Positions 1 through 7,971 of a DNA stretch of 64,000 nt are shown piece by piece. The position numbers and the translations under genes are program-made. The first letter of the stretch is position 1. Every line of letters begins with the position of its first letter. The stretch lies in IMG/VR virus record IMGVR_UViG_3300029288_001928, positions 69,444-133,443 of that record, one strand, 5' to 3'. A model generated the notes under the pieces. It had not been told where the DNA came from, did no database searches, and saw only the letters and a list, made by a program, of their open reading frames with translations. This DNA comes from a virus (taxonomy: Duplodnaviria; Caudoviricetes).

Positions 1-39
1 AGAACGATAAAAGTGGGGGTTCGAATCCCTCCGCACCTA
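1..39 (+). tRNA. Partial tRNA (3' half), probably tRNA-Leu (NAG anticodon), truncated by the window edge
   Basis: AG-AA end of an anticodon loop, short variable loop and T-arm GGGGG-TTCGAAT-CCCTC; same style as the two Leu tRNAs at 2534-2687. Confidence 0.6.
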
Positions 40-42
40 TAT

Positions 43-120
43 GTCGGATGACATTATCCAAGTGGACTTGGAGGCTGTCTGCAAAATAGTCCGTTATTGG
101 TTCGATTCCAACATCCGACT
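43..120 (+). tRNA. tRNA-Cys(GCA), atypical: about 5 extra nt between acceptor stem and D-arm
   Basis: Acceptor GTCGGAT/ATCCGAC, discriminator T, anticodon arm GCTGT-CT-GCA-AA-ATAGT, T-loop TTCGATT; no encoded CCA. Confidence 0.8.
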
Positions 121-132
121 TTATATTGACTA

Positions 133-160
133 TTGACAACCATTAAAACTATGTTATAAT
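133..160 (+). promoter_or_regulatory. Sigma70-like early promoter of rpsU (TTGACA-N16-TATAAT, extended TG)
   Basis: TTGACA 133-138, TATAAT 155-160, SD AGGAG upstream of ATG 190. Confidence 0.8.
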
Positions 161-189
161 ATTATCATTGCAAAAAGGAGCAATTATTT

Positions 190-414
190 ATGATTCGTGT
201 AGATAGAAAGCCTAATGAACCAATTGATAAACTTCTTCGTCGCTTCAAAAAGCGGTGCGAAAAAGAAGATCTTATCAAAGATATGAAAAAAATAGAATAC
301 TATGAATCCGATAGCGTTCGTAGACGTAGAGCAAAAAGAAAATTAGAAAAACGTCTAGAAAAAGAAAAAACAGAAGGAACAAGTCCAAAAGAAGACTTCA
401 CTTTTTGGGAATGA
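190..414 (+). CDS. rpsU: Ribosomal protein bS21
   Basis: EPIDKLLRRFKKRCEKE...YYE...RRR is the S21 signature; 74 aa; strong SD. Confidence 0.93.
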   Translation: MIRVDRKPNEPIDKLLRRFKKRCEKEDLIKDMKKIEYYESDSVRRRRAKRKLEKRLEKEKTEGTSPKEDFTFWE

Positions 415-430
415 AAATTCCCAAACATAT

Positions 431-712
431 TCCCAAGTAGCTCAATGGTCGAGCAATCGGCTGTCGGTGGCAGCTTTTACTGGAAACAGTAATCGAAAAT
501 TCTCCAAATTAGGGGGACTCTTAACAGGTTATGCTGATGATTATCCCTAGCCAAGCATGAGTGTAAAAACTCAAGGCGTGTGTAGAGACTAGAAGGAGAA
601 CACCTTTAAACTGGTGATGGTATAGTCCAGACCACAAACTTACATTAGGTAGCGAAAGCTATAGTGGTATGTAACCGATAGGTTGTAGGTTCGAATCCTA
701 CCTTGGGAGCCA
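431..712 (+). tRNA. tRNA-Asn(GTT) interrupted by a group I intron (exons 431-464 and 672-712)
   Basis: Spliced product TCCCAAG...ATCGG-CT-GT^T-AA-CCGAT...GGTTCGAATCC...CTTGGGA-G-CCA is a canonical tRNA-Asn. Confidence 0.93.
465..671 (+). ncRNA. Self-splicing group I intron, 207 nt, no ORF, inserted between anticodon positions 35 and 36
   Basis: 5' exon ends in U, which pairs with G in P1 (GCTGT/GCAGC); R element GTAGAGACTA and S element GGTATAGTCC form P7; terminal omega-G at 671. Confidence 0.9.
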
Positions 713-758
713 ACGAGAAGTTTGATGGTTTTACTCAAAAACAAAAATCATCATTTAT

Positions 759-831
759 GCGAGATAGGTGTTTAAAGATACATATCTGGTTTCCACCCAG
801 AAGTAGTTGGGGGCGTTACCCACATCTCGCT
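759..831 (+). tRNA. tRNA-Gly(TCC), atypical D- and T-loops
   Basis: Acceptor GCGAGAT/ATCTCGC, discriminator T, anticodon arm TCTGG-TT-TCC-AC-CCAGA; T-loop GGCGTTA instead of TTCRANY; no GG in the D-loop. Confidence 0.75.
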
Positions 832-904
832 TTTAGCACAAATGCTATTGAGTTTACACCTGTTAAATGTAAAAACTCAGTTATTTTTGTTGTGCTATTT
901 TCAT

Positions 905-977
905 GCCGCTATAGCTCAATTGGCAGAGCAATTATTTTGTAAATAATAGGTTCCAGATTCGAATTCTGGTGGTGGCA
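905..977 (+). tRNA. tRNA-Thr(TGT)
   Basis: GCCGCTA/TGGTGGC acceptor, AGCTCAATTGGCAGAGC D-arm, ATTAT-TT-TGT-AA-ATAAT anticodon arm. Confidence 0.9.
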
Positions 978-984
978 TACTTAC

Positions 985-1058
985 TGGCCTGTAGTTTAAC
1001 TGGTTAAAACGTCAGACTTTGAATCTGAATAGTGGGTGTTCGACTCGCCCCAGGCCAA
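985..1058 (+). tRNA. tRNA-Gln(TTG)
   Basis: TGGCCTG/CAGGCCA acceptor, TCAGA-CT-TTG-AA-TCTGA anticodon arm. Confidence 0.9.
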
Positions 1059-1086
1059 TATAAATATAATCTTTACAAGGGATTAT

Positions 1087-1266
1087 ATGTTTACAAAATA
1101 TATTTTATACTTATTAAGGTGGCAATTATCGACGCCGATATTAGCGATAGTTTTAGTTTTGTTGAGTTCGATATCTCCTATAATATCCACAATAATAGCC
1201 AATTTAATTGGTGGATTGATATTTTTTTGGATAGACCGGAAGATATTTTCAGTTAAGAAGGTATAA
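1087..1266 (+). CDS. Small two-helix membrane protein (YLLRWQLSTPILA motif)
   Basis: Hydrophobic 59-aa ORF; start moved to ATG 1087 because the longer ORF overlaps tRNA-Gln; SD AAGGGA. Confidence 0.65.
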   Translation: MFTKYILYLLRWQLSTPILAIVLVLLSSISPIISTIIANLIGGLIFFWIDRKIFSVKKV

Positions 1267-1269
1267 ATA
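1262..1269 (+). promoter_or_regulatory. T4 gp55-type late promoter TATAAATA (one of about 10 in the window)
   Basis: Exact TATAAATA 5 nt upstream of ATG 1275. Confidence 0.7.
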
Positions 1270-1274
1270 TTAGT

Positions 1275-2360
1275 ATGAATTTTAAAACATTTTACACTGA
1301 GTCAATAGAGAAGAAGATTAGTAATAAGGGTGATTTCCAAGTTAAGGGGAATCGCATGTTATTTCAGAGAGTTGGTCCAGTTAGTTCTCAATATCAGAGC
1401 AATACGAAAGCACCGGAGAGAAGGGGTATATGGGCTTTTCCATGGCCGGTGTTTGATTATTTTTTTGTATCTGGTAGTTTTTCTGATCCATCCAGGCGTA
1501 TGCCTAAAAATACGTGGAATGTAAGAATTTCGTCTGAAATGGTAGAAAAACTAAAAGCAATTTTATTTGAAAAGGAAAAGCAATTAGGTATAATTCGGGG
1601 AAAGTTTATAAATTTTAAAGATCGTTATAAAGATTCAAGAGACAAGGAATTAAGTAAAGAGTATGATAATATTGAGTATGTTATAGAGACATTAAAGGAT
1701 ATTATAAAAGAACGGCATTCAAATGCGTATGATTTAGAGAGTTTTGGGATAGAAGTAGAAGAAAAAGAAGCACCTACTATTAAATTATCTAAAGAACAAA
1801 TACGTGAATTAGAGCAGACCAAGAAAAAGCTTGATAGAAATTTAAAATCATTAAAAGACAAGATGGTAGATACTGATAGGATTCGGGTTGAGTTATTTAA
1901 CAAGATGAATATGTCAAAAAATACAGACAATGAAGAGAAGGACAAGAATACATATCATAATTTTTTACGTTCATCTGGATATCACAAGATTTCAACTGAT
2001 ATACAGAATCTTGGGGATAAGATATCTGATATAGAAGATTTATTATCAGACAAGGAATCTGCTAATAAGAGAAATGTTCACACATTTTTTCATGGAGAAA
2101 AATTTAATAAGACTTCTCAATTTTGGTATAGTGGGGTTATATATGCTCATTTTGCACCAAAAGGAAGAGAAAATGAAATGATCAATAGTTGGTTTAAATA
2201 TGATACCGTATCGGAATATTTAGAACAATTAAAGAAAAATTTATTTGTACACGAAAAGTTGGATGGTAAATTTTATAAATATGCTGTAAAGAATATTGGG
2301 CATGGTGATTATGGATTAGCATCAGATCATTTAGAAGTATTTTTACCAAATATAAAATAA
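1275..2360 (+). CDS. Hypothetical late protein, possible internal virion protein
   Basis: 361 aa; N-terminus MNFKTFYTES resembles the T4 capsid-targeting sequence; late promoter. Confidence 0.7.
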   Translation: MNFKTFYTESIEKKISNKGDFQVKGNRMLFQRVGPVSSQYQSNTKAPERRGIWAFPWPVFDYFFVSGSFSDPSRRMPKNTWNVRISSEMVEKLKAILFEKEKQLGIIRGKFINFKDRYKDSRDKELSKEYDNIEYVIETLKDIIKERHSNAYDLESFGIEVEEKEAPTIKLSKEQIRELEQTKKKLDRNLKSLKDKMVDTDRIRVELFNKMNMSKNTDNEEKDKNTYHNFLRSSGYHKISTDIQNLGDKISDIEDLLSDKESANKRNVHTFFHGEKFNKTSQFWYSGVIYAHFAPKGRENEMINSWFKYDTVSEYLEQLKKNLFVHEKLDGKFYKYAVKNIGHGDYGLASDHLEVFLPNIK

Positions 2361-2533
2361 TTAAATATGGTACAATACAAAGATGAAAGACATATTTTCT
2401 CTTGTATGGATATGTTATATAGAAAATAATTTTGCTGGTATACAATTATATAGTGCATTATATTCATCATTTAAATTTGATGAAATGAGTTTAAATTTAC
2501 CAAAGAACATATTAGAAAAGTGTTATAGTTTAA

Positions 2534-2607
2534 CGGCATGTAGCCCAACAGGTAGAGGCAACTAGTTCAAACCTAGTAATGTGTGGGTTCGATTCCCTCC
2601 ATGTCGA
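2534..2607 (+). tRNA. tRNA-Leu(CAA), short variable loop
   Basis: CGGCATG/CATGTCG acceptor, ACTAG-TT-CAA-AC-CTAGT anticodon arm, GGTTCGATTCC T-arm. Confidence 0.85.
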
Positions 2608-2612
2608 TATAT

Positions 2613-2687
2613 GCGGCTGTAGCGCAACAGGTAGGAGGCGTTTGCCTTAAGAGCAAAACAGTGTGGGTTCGAATCCCTCCAGCCGCA
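2613..2687 (+). tRNA. tRNA-Leu(TAA), short variable loop
   Basis: GCGGCTG/CAGCCGC acceptor, TTTGC-CT-TAA-GA-GCAAA anticodon arm. Confidence 0.88.
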
Positions 2688-2694
2688 TAATTAC

Positions 2695-2765
2695 GGGGCC
2701 GTGGTGTAATGGGAACATATCTGATTTGCATTCAGGCGATAAGGGTTCGACTCCCTTCTGCTCCA
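2695..2765 (+). tRNA. tRNA-Ala(TGC)
   Basis: G3:U70 identity pair, TCTGA-TT-TGC-AT-TCAGG anticodon arm. Confidence 0.88.
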
Positions 2766-2859
2766 GAGTTAATGTTTTATTACATTAACGATGTTCAACG
2801 TCTGATGACGTTGATTTGGCTTCTGGTCCCGTGAGCCGGTGAATCACGGGGCATTTTAC

Positions 2860-2932
2860 GGGCGATTGACGCAATGGCTAGCGTGCTTTCCTTACAAGAA
2901 AGAAGTTACAGGTCCGAATCCTGTATCGCCTA
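2860..2932 (+). tRNA. tRNA-Val(TAC)
   Basis: GGGCGAT/ATCGCCT acceptor, CTTTC-CT-TAC-AA-GAAAG anticodon arm; T-loop TCCGAAT. Confidence 0.88.
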
Positions 2933-2938
2933 TTTTAT

Positions 2939-3015
2939 GGTGGCTAAGGTGTTAATGGATTGCACGTTTGTATGTGAAACAAAAAGATCGGGTTCGATCC
3001 CCGATAGCCACCCCA
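2939..3015 (+). tRNA. tRNA-His(GTG)
   Basis: Encoded G-1, GTGGCTA/TAGCCAC acceptor, C73 plus CCA, TTTGT-AT-GTG-AA-ACAAA anticodon arm. Confidence 0.9.
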
Positions 3016-3020
3016 CTCAA

Positions 3021-3093
3021 AGCCATGTAGCATAATCGGTAATGCAAATCCCTCTGAAGGATTCTATTAGAGGTCCGAGTCCTCTCATGGCTA
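3021..3093 (+). tRNA. tRNA-Gln(CTG)
   Basis: AGCCATG/CATGGCT acceptor, AATCC-CT-CTG-AA-GGATT anticodon arm; T-loop TCCGAGT. Confidence 0.85.
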
Positions 3094-3110
3094 TTTTAGA
3101 AAGGAACCAC

Positions 3111-3653
3111 TTGCTATTAGAAACGGATCATAATCCAGAGTTTGATTTATTGAATCAAATTTCTCAACCATTATTATATTCCACATATATGTCATGGAGT
3201 GATGAGTTTGTAAATGCATATCAATGGTTATTTTCTGTATTAGGTACGTCTAATATTATTTGGTGTAATAGTCATTTATCTAAATCATGGGAAGTTCATA
3301 AGCAAGTATTTAAACGCTGGATATTAGATGTTCCAGAAGATTGTATATTAGCCAAAGTAGATACAAATATATGGCATTATATTTTAAATAATTGGCATTA
3401 TTCAGAAGATTGTGATAAATGGTGGGATGACGCAGAAGAATTATATCCAACTGATGATAATTCTCAATATATGCACTATCAAAATAAAATAAAAGAATTT
3501 GAAAAAACTATTTCAAGAGAAATTGGATGGTTAAAAGTATTTGATCCGCCAAATGATCTTAAAAATGGTAGAATAGAATATATAATTCCTTCTCCAATTA
3601 AAAAAGAATGGTTAGTTGAAGTTGTGGATTTATGTGGGGTTAATCCTAATTAA
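3111..3653 (+). CDS. DUF3841-like protein
   Basis: AYQW...LDVP...WHYILNNW...W..VFD pattern; TTG start after SD AAAGGA avoids overlap with the tRNA. Confidence 0.55.
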   Translation: MLLETDHNPEFDLLNQISQPLLYSTYMSWSDEFVNAYQWLFSVLGTSNIIWCNSHLSKSWEVHKQVFKRWILDVPEDCILAKVDTNIWHYILNNWHYSEDCDKWWDDAEELYPTDDNSQYMHYQNKIKEFEKTISREIGWLKVFDPPNDLKNGRIEYIIPSPIKKEWLVEVVDLCGVNPN

Positions 3654-5322
3654 GCAGTAATTTTATTTTTCTTTTAAAGGATTCTGTTACTGCTTCAGAC
3701 TCTACATTGTCTTTAATATCTAACGCCAATTTATATAATAAGTGCAAATTTTCATCTGTAGAATCTTCTGTTAGTATAGAAAGATAATAACATATTTTTT
3801 CCCATTCGTGTTTTATATCAAAATATGAATGTTTTTTATCTTCTTGATAATCATATCTTTTGAATAATTCAATTAAAATATTAATAGCTTGTTGATTTTT
3901 ATCAGATTCTATGAAACGTTTCAAAAATATTAATATTGATCTAGAATTATAAAACACTTCTTCTGGATCATCTTTATTATATTCTATTATTTTTTCATAT
4001 ATTCCTAGTGTCACCGAATCACTAGAAATTCCATAAGATAATGAACTTAGTGGTATATAATGATTGTGTTTCATCAATGTATATATTATTTTTAAAAAAG
4101 AATCTTTATACTTTTTATTTGGTACGCGGAATAAATCGACAAGATCTATAATTTCTATTTCTAATTCTGGGATTTTATCTAATAACACATCTATTGTTTT
4201 CCATAAATAATTTTGCAATGAATATTTTAATATTGTTGTAATATTTTGTTCTGACAAATAATCTTTTTGTAAACTATCTGAAGTCCATATATACAATTCG
4301 TCAGGTGTTAGAGATTCTATTAAATCTCCTACATAATTTTTATTTTTTTCTACTTGTTCAGATTTTATTTCTATTCTTTGTCTTATTTTGTCGTAGTATC
4401 TATTTTTAAATTTAGACTTATCTATAATATCCGATGGAATATCGAACATACCAGTTTCGATATATTTTTTAATTATTTCATCGTTATTTTTATACTCATT
4501 CCATTCATAATCTAAAATTTGGTGTCCTGTTTCTATATACAATAGTTTATCATCTAATGTTTTTAGTCTAGATATTGATGATGCATTTAATACATTTTTA
4601 TAAAGGTTTTGTTCTTTTTCGTTGAAAGGTTTATATACAAATACGTCATCAAATATATTTTCTAATACAGGAAACTTATTAATAATTTCTTCTTTTGTTA
4701 TTGGATGATCTTGGTTTGGTGTAGCATAATTTATTTGGTATTGGTTATTAGGATAAGCATGAATCACAATGATATTTTCTGGTGCATCAGATTGTGCTTC
4801 TTTTGTTTTAAAATAAACAAAATAAAATGTTGCTCCCCTACTACGATATCCATGATATAAGTTACTTTGGTCTATTCTAGATATACAGAATCCATATTTT
4901 CTTCCTTGTCCATAATTAATACATTTTTGTTTATTATCACCTAGAAATACTTTTATATTATTATCTTCGTATATTGGTTTATCATCAATATCTTTATCGT
5001 CAACATTTACTTTTGTTGCAGTACTATCTACTATATTTTCAAATTCTTGAAAGTTCATATTATCAATAGGTTTAGAAGATAATTTGCTATTTTTCATAAA
5101 CTTATCATAATATGATTTAATAATATCTAATGAATTTCCTTCTAATGCGAATTCTACTAATTTAGGTAAATGTTTATTGTTTTTACCATGTGGATTGGTT
5201 TTATATGGTTCTGTTATTGATAAAAATTTATTAAATATTTCATCTGAAAATTTATTAGACTTAACTAATAAGGATTTTGCTCTATCTTCATTCTGACCTT
5301 CAAATAAGAAATCTTTAAACAT
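3646..5322 (-). CDS. Hypothetical late protein, possible virion protein
   Basis: 558 aa; MFKDFLFEG N-terminus; TATAAATA on the minus strand at 5338-5345. Confidence 0.7.
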   Translation of the reverse strand: MFKDFLFEGQNEDRAKSLLVKSNKFSDEIFNKFLSITEPYKTNPHGKNNKHLPKLVEFALEGNSLDIIKSYYDKFMKNSKLSSKPIDNMNFQEFENIVDSTATKVNVDDKDIDDKPIYEDNNIKVFLGDNKQKCINYGQGRKYGFCISRIDQSNLYHGYRSRGATFYFVYFKTKEAQSDAPENIIVIHAYPNNQYQINYATPNQDHPITKEEIINKFPVLENIFDDVFVYKPFNEKEQNLYKNVLNASSISRLKTLDDKLLYIETGHQILDYEWNEYKNNDEIIKKYIETGMFDIPSDIIDKSKFKNRYYDKIRQRIEIKSEQVEKNKNYVGDLIESLTPDELYIWTSDSLQKDYLSEQNITTILKYSLQNYLWKTIDVLLDKIPELEIEIIDLVDLFRVPNKKYKDSFLKIIYTLMKHNHYIPLSSLSYGISSDSVTLGIYEKIIEYNKDDPEEVFYNSRSILIFLKRFIESDKNQQAINILIELFKRYDYQEDKKHSYFDIKHEWEKICYYLSILTEDSTDENLHLLYKLALDIKDNVESEAVTESFKRKIKLLLN

Positions 5323-5409
5323 ATTTAACTCTGTACGTATTTATATTTTATTTGAAACGAATTTTCTTTTTGTTATAATAGTTGTATCGTTATTGGTTGA
5401 GGGAAATAG

Positions 5410-5886
5410 TTGAGATATCCAAAATTAGAGATAACAGAAGATTTAGTAAAACTTATTATTCAGGAACGAATTAAGAAGTTTTTAAAAAGTTCTGTTGATA
5501 TCAAATACAAAAATTTTATATCCAAAATAGATATACTTCCGTGTATTAACAATAGACAGAAGACCTATTATGGGTTTGCATTTATTTTACCAGATAAGGT
5601 TCATTTTAGAAGAAAGTATAAATGTGTAAGTAAGAGAATAAAGACTTTTAAATTTGAGAATAAAAAATGTTTTGCAGTATTGGAGATTTGTTCTAAGACA
5701 ATTAATAATGGTCCAATGTCTCCTATAAATGAATTAAGAGAAACAATATCACATGAATTAGCGCATATATTAGAAATGAAAGTAAATGGAGAAGATACCA
5801 GATCATCAGAAAACAATTATCATGGTATAGTTTGGCAGAGATTTGCTAAACAATTTGGGTGTAAGTATTTGCATTATAATGGATAA
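5410..5886 (+). CDS. SprT-like zinc metalloprotease
   Basis: TISHELAH...HG..WQ motif; promoter TTGAAA-N16-TATAAT at 5352-5379. Confidence 0.75.
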   Translation: MRYPKLEITEDLVKLIIQERIKKFLKSSVDIKYKNFISKIDILPCINNRQKTYYGFAFILPDKVHFRRKYKCVSKRIKTFKFENKKCFAVLEICSKTINNGPMSPINELRETISHELAHILEMKVNGEDTRSSENNYHGIVWQRFAKQFGCKYLHYNG

Positions 5887-5887
5887 C

Positions 5888-5921
5888 AAAAAAAGACTGG
5901 TGAGAAAACTCACCAGTCTTT
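5888..5921 (-). terminator. Intrinsic terminator between convergent genes, possibly bidirectional
   Basis: Perfect 13-bp stem AAAGACTGGTGAG/CTCACCAGTCTTT with a U-tract on the minus strand. Confidence 0.85.
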
Positions 5922-5945
5922 AGCGATTAAGCTAATTAATTAGAT

Positions 5946-6167
5946 TCAGGATGCTGAAACTAGTTTAGCCCAGAAATCGCGTTGTGGGATACGAATCTTA
6001 GCACCAGTTACAACTGATGTTGCTTCGATATAGTTACGTTCAACTGCTAAGGAATCTTCCTTTACAGTGATTGTAAATGTACCCCAATCTACACGTTGGC
6101 GCATATCAATTATAATATTACCAACTGTTGCGTCTGCGAATGCTAAGTCCGCTACGTTATAAGCCAT
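5946..6167 (-). CDS. Small hypothetical late protein, probably highly expressed
   Basis: Perfect SD AAGGAGG, own late promoter (6221-6228) and own terminator. Confidence 0.75.
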   Translation of the reverse strand: MAYNVADLAFADATVGNIIIDMRQRVDWGTFTITVKEDSLAVERNYIEATSVVTGAKIRIPQRDFWAKLVSAS

Positions 6168-6298
6168 AATGACCTCCTTGGCGCAATGCCGATGAAAAGC
6201 TTGAACCGCCTTTCATAATTTATTTATATTAATATTTTATATTTTTTATTTGAAAGTTTAAAAACATAGTGATATAATATAGAAAAGGAGACAATAAA

Positions 6299-6595
6299 AT
6301 GCCTTATATTAAAGAAGAAGATCGTGAAAAGTTTTCTAGCTTAGAAAATACAGATGGTCCTTTAGTTAAAATAGGATCGCTATGTCAATCTGCAGGAGAA
6401 TTGAATTATTGTTTTACAATTATTGCCCAAGCATATTTGAAGTCTAAAGGGTTAAACTATCAGCACATTAATGATATAGTTGGTGCATTAGAAGGAGCGA
6501 AGATGGAATTCTATAGACGTATAGCGGCAAAGTATGAAGATGAAAAAATAGAACTTAATGGTGACGTTTGTTTATTCAATGCTTATAGATTTTGA
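6299..6595 (+). CDS. Conserved phage protein (DUF6899-like)
   Basis: MPYI...GELNY...GALEGAKMEFYRR...YED.KI..NGDV pattern. Confidence 0.7.
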   Translation: MPYIKEEDREKFSSLENTDGPLVKIGSLCQSAGELNYCFTIIAQAYLKSKGLNYQHINDIVGALEGAKMEFYRRIAAKYEDEKIELNGDVCLFNAYRF

Positions 6596-6601
6596 GGCAT
6601 T

Positions 6602-6976
6602 ATGGACATTATAAAAGAGATTTGGTCTAGTTTAGACAAATATGCAGACAAATATATTCCTATCGGATCTGAATCTGTTAGGTTAAATTCTCATACTCAT
6701 AAGTTAGGATCTGAGGCAAAACCTCCGCAAGAAATAATAGAAAAATGTATTAGGACATTTGTAAAGTTTTGTCAGCAAGACGAAACATTTTGGAAAGGAC
6801 AAACTACAATTGTACAAATACTAGATACATTACTTGGTTTTGCACGAACGTTTCCTCGTCAACAAGAGGGAACTAAAGCAATTATAGTTGACTTCATTAA
6901 TTACATTGGTACAATGAATGGAGTAAATTATTCTTTACAAACGAGTGACATATATGACCGGATATCTAAAAAATAA
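6602..6976 (+). CDS. Hypothetical protein
   Basis: 124-aa ORF in operon, SD GAGG. Confidence 0.65.
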   Translation: MDIIKEIWSSLDKYADKYIPIGSESVRLNSHTHKLGSEAKPPQEIIEKCIRTFVKFCQQDETFWKGQTTIVQILDTLLGFARTFPRQQEGTKAIIVDFINYIGTMNGVNYSLQTSDIYDRISKK

Positions 6977-7478
6977 AGTTGTTTATCTTTGTGGCCCATT
7001 AGGTGCCGTCGATGATGATGGTATAGGTTGGCGCAGAGAGATTACACCACATTTAGAATCGTTAGGTATAATTGTAGATGATCCTACGAAGAGTACTGCT
7101 AGCGGTATTGGAGAGGTTGCAGATGATAAGAAGAGATTTAGGAAATTGATTTTAAATGAAGATTTTGCCACATTAAAAGAACAATTTTGGCCAATAGTTA
7201 GAAAAGATTTACGAAGTGTTGATAAGAGTGATTTTTTGATTGTAAATTATGATGCGAAAGTTCCGACTGTTGGTACATATGATGAATGTACTAGAGCAAG
7301 TATTCAAAAGAAACCTATTTTATTAAAATATGATAAAACCCAACTAGACATGTTTAATCCATGGGTAGTTACATGGGTTAAGAAAAATGAATTTTTTTCT
7401 AGTTGGGAAGATCTGATAGACTATTTGAAGAATAAGATAGATAATGGCATATTCAGTTCATCGACCTGGACACTTTGA
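6954..7478 (+). CDS. Nucleoside 2-deoxyribosyltransferase-like protein (N-glycosidase fold)
   Basis: VYLCGP...WR...DP...DL..VDKSD...GTYDE motifs. Confidence 0.75.
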   Translation: MTGYLKNKVVYLCGPLGAVDDDGIGWRREITPHLESLGIIVDDPTKSTASGIGEVADDKKRFRKLILNEDFATLKEQFWPIVRKDLRSVDKSDFLIVNYDAKVPTVGTYDECTRASIQKKPILLKYDKTQLDMFNPWVVTWVKKNEFFSSWEDLIDYLKNKIDNGIFSSSTWTL

Positions 7479-7489
7479 AAGGAATAGCA

Positions 7490-7936
7490 ATGGAAACAAC
7501 AACTAATAAAGTTTATTGTACATCAACAGAAATACATGAAATGTTAGATGTGTTATATCGTAAAATTAGGGATAAAGGAACACAATTTACAAAAGTTGTT
7601 GGCATTGCAAATGGTGGATTGAATATAAGTATTCCATTGGCTAAGATGTTAAATTTGCCACATGAGCAATTAAGAATTAGTTATTATGAAGGTGATTTTA
7701 TATTTGAGATGCAGGATTATAATCACAATAAAGATGATACTATTTTATTAGTTGATGATTTAATAGATTCTGGTAAAACAGTAAATTATTTTAATAATAA
7801 GTTTAATATGTGTCAAGGAAAGAATTTATTTGTAGCATGTTTATTTTATAATGCATATAATGACAATTTTCAATATGCAAACTTTTATGCTTGTGAAAAA
7901 CCAGATGCTTGGATTATATTTCCTTGGGAAATTTGA
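7490..7936 (+). CDS. Type I phosphoribosyltransferase (xanthine/hypoxanthine PRT-like)
   Basis: VGIANGG, PRPP-binding loop LLVDDLIDSGKT, C-terminal WIIFPWE. Confidence 0.88.
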   Translation: METTTNKVYCTSTEIHEMLDVLYRKIRDKGTQFTKVVGIANGGLNISIPLAKMLNLPHEQLRISYYEGDFIFEMQDYNHNKDDTILLVDDLIDSGKTVNYFNNKFNMCQGKNLFVACLFYNAYNDNFQYANFYACEKPDAWIIFPWEI

Positions 7937-7971
7937 GTTGACAAATCATTTAGATCTGTTATAGTTCGTTC

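Noticed and set aside
190-414. Host assignment from bS21 (impression of Planctomycetota-like sequence)
   Set aside because: Cannot be supported without a phylogeny of bS21, IF-3, MnmA and NadE
703-942. 79-aa ORF
   Set aside because: Overlaps tRNA-Asn, tRNA-Gly and tRNA-Thr; spurious
2383-2565. 60-aa ORF before the second tRNA cluster
   Set aside because: Runs into tRNA-Leu(CAA), has no SD and no recognisable motif; coding status unsupported
2534-2607. Possible UCA (opal suppressor or Sec) tRNA and genetic recoding
   Set aside because: The 7-nt loop TTCAAAC centres on CAA (Leu); long genes are intact in the standard code and TGA, TAG and TAA all act as stops
2818-2853. GGCTTCTGGTCCC resembling the metazoan Y RNA 5' motif
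   Set aside because: No complementary UUGAC strand and no tRNA-like module; too weak to call a Y RNA
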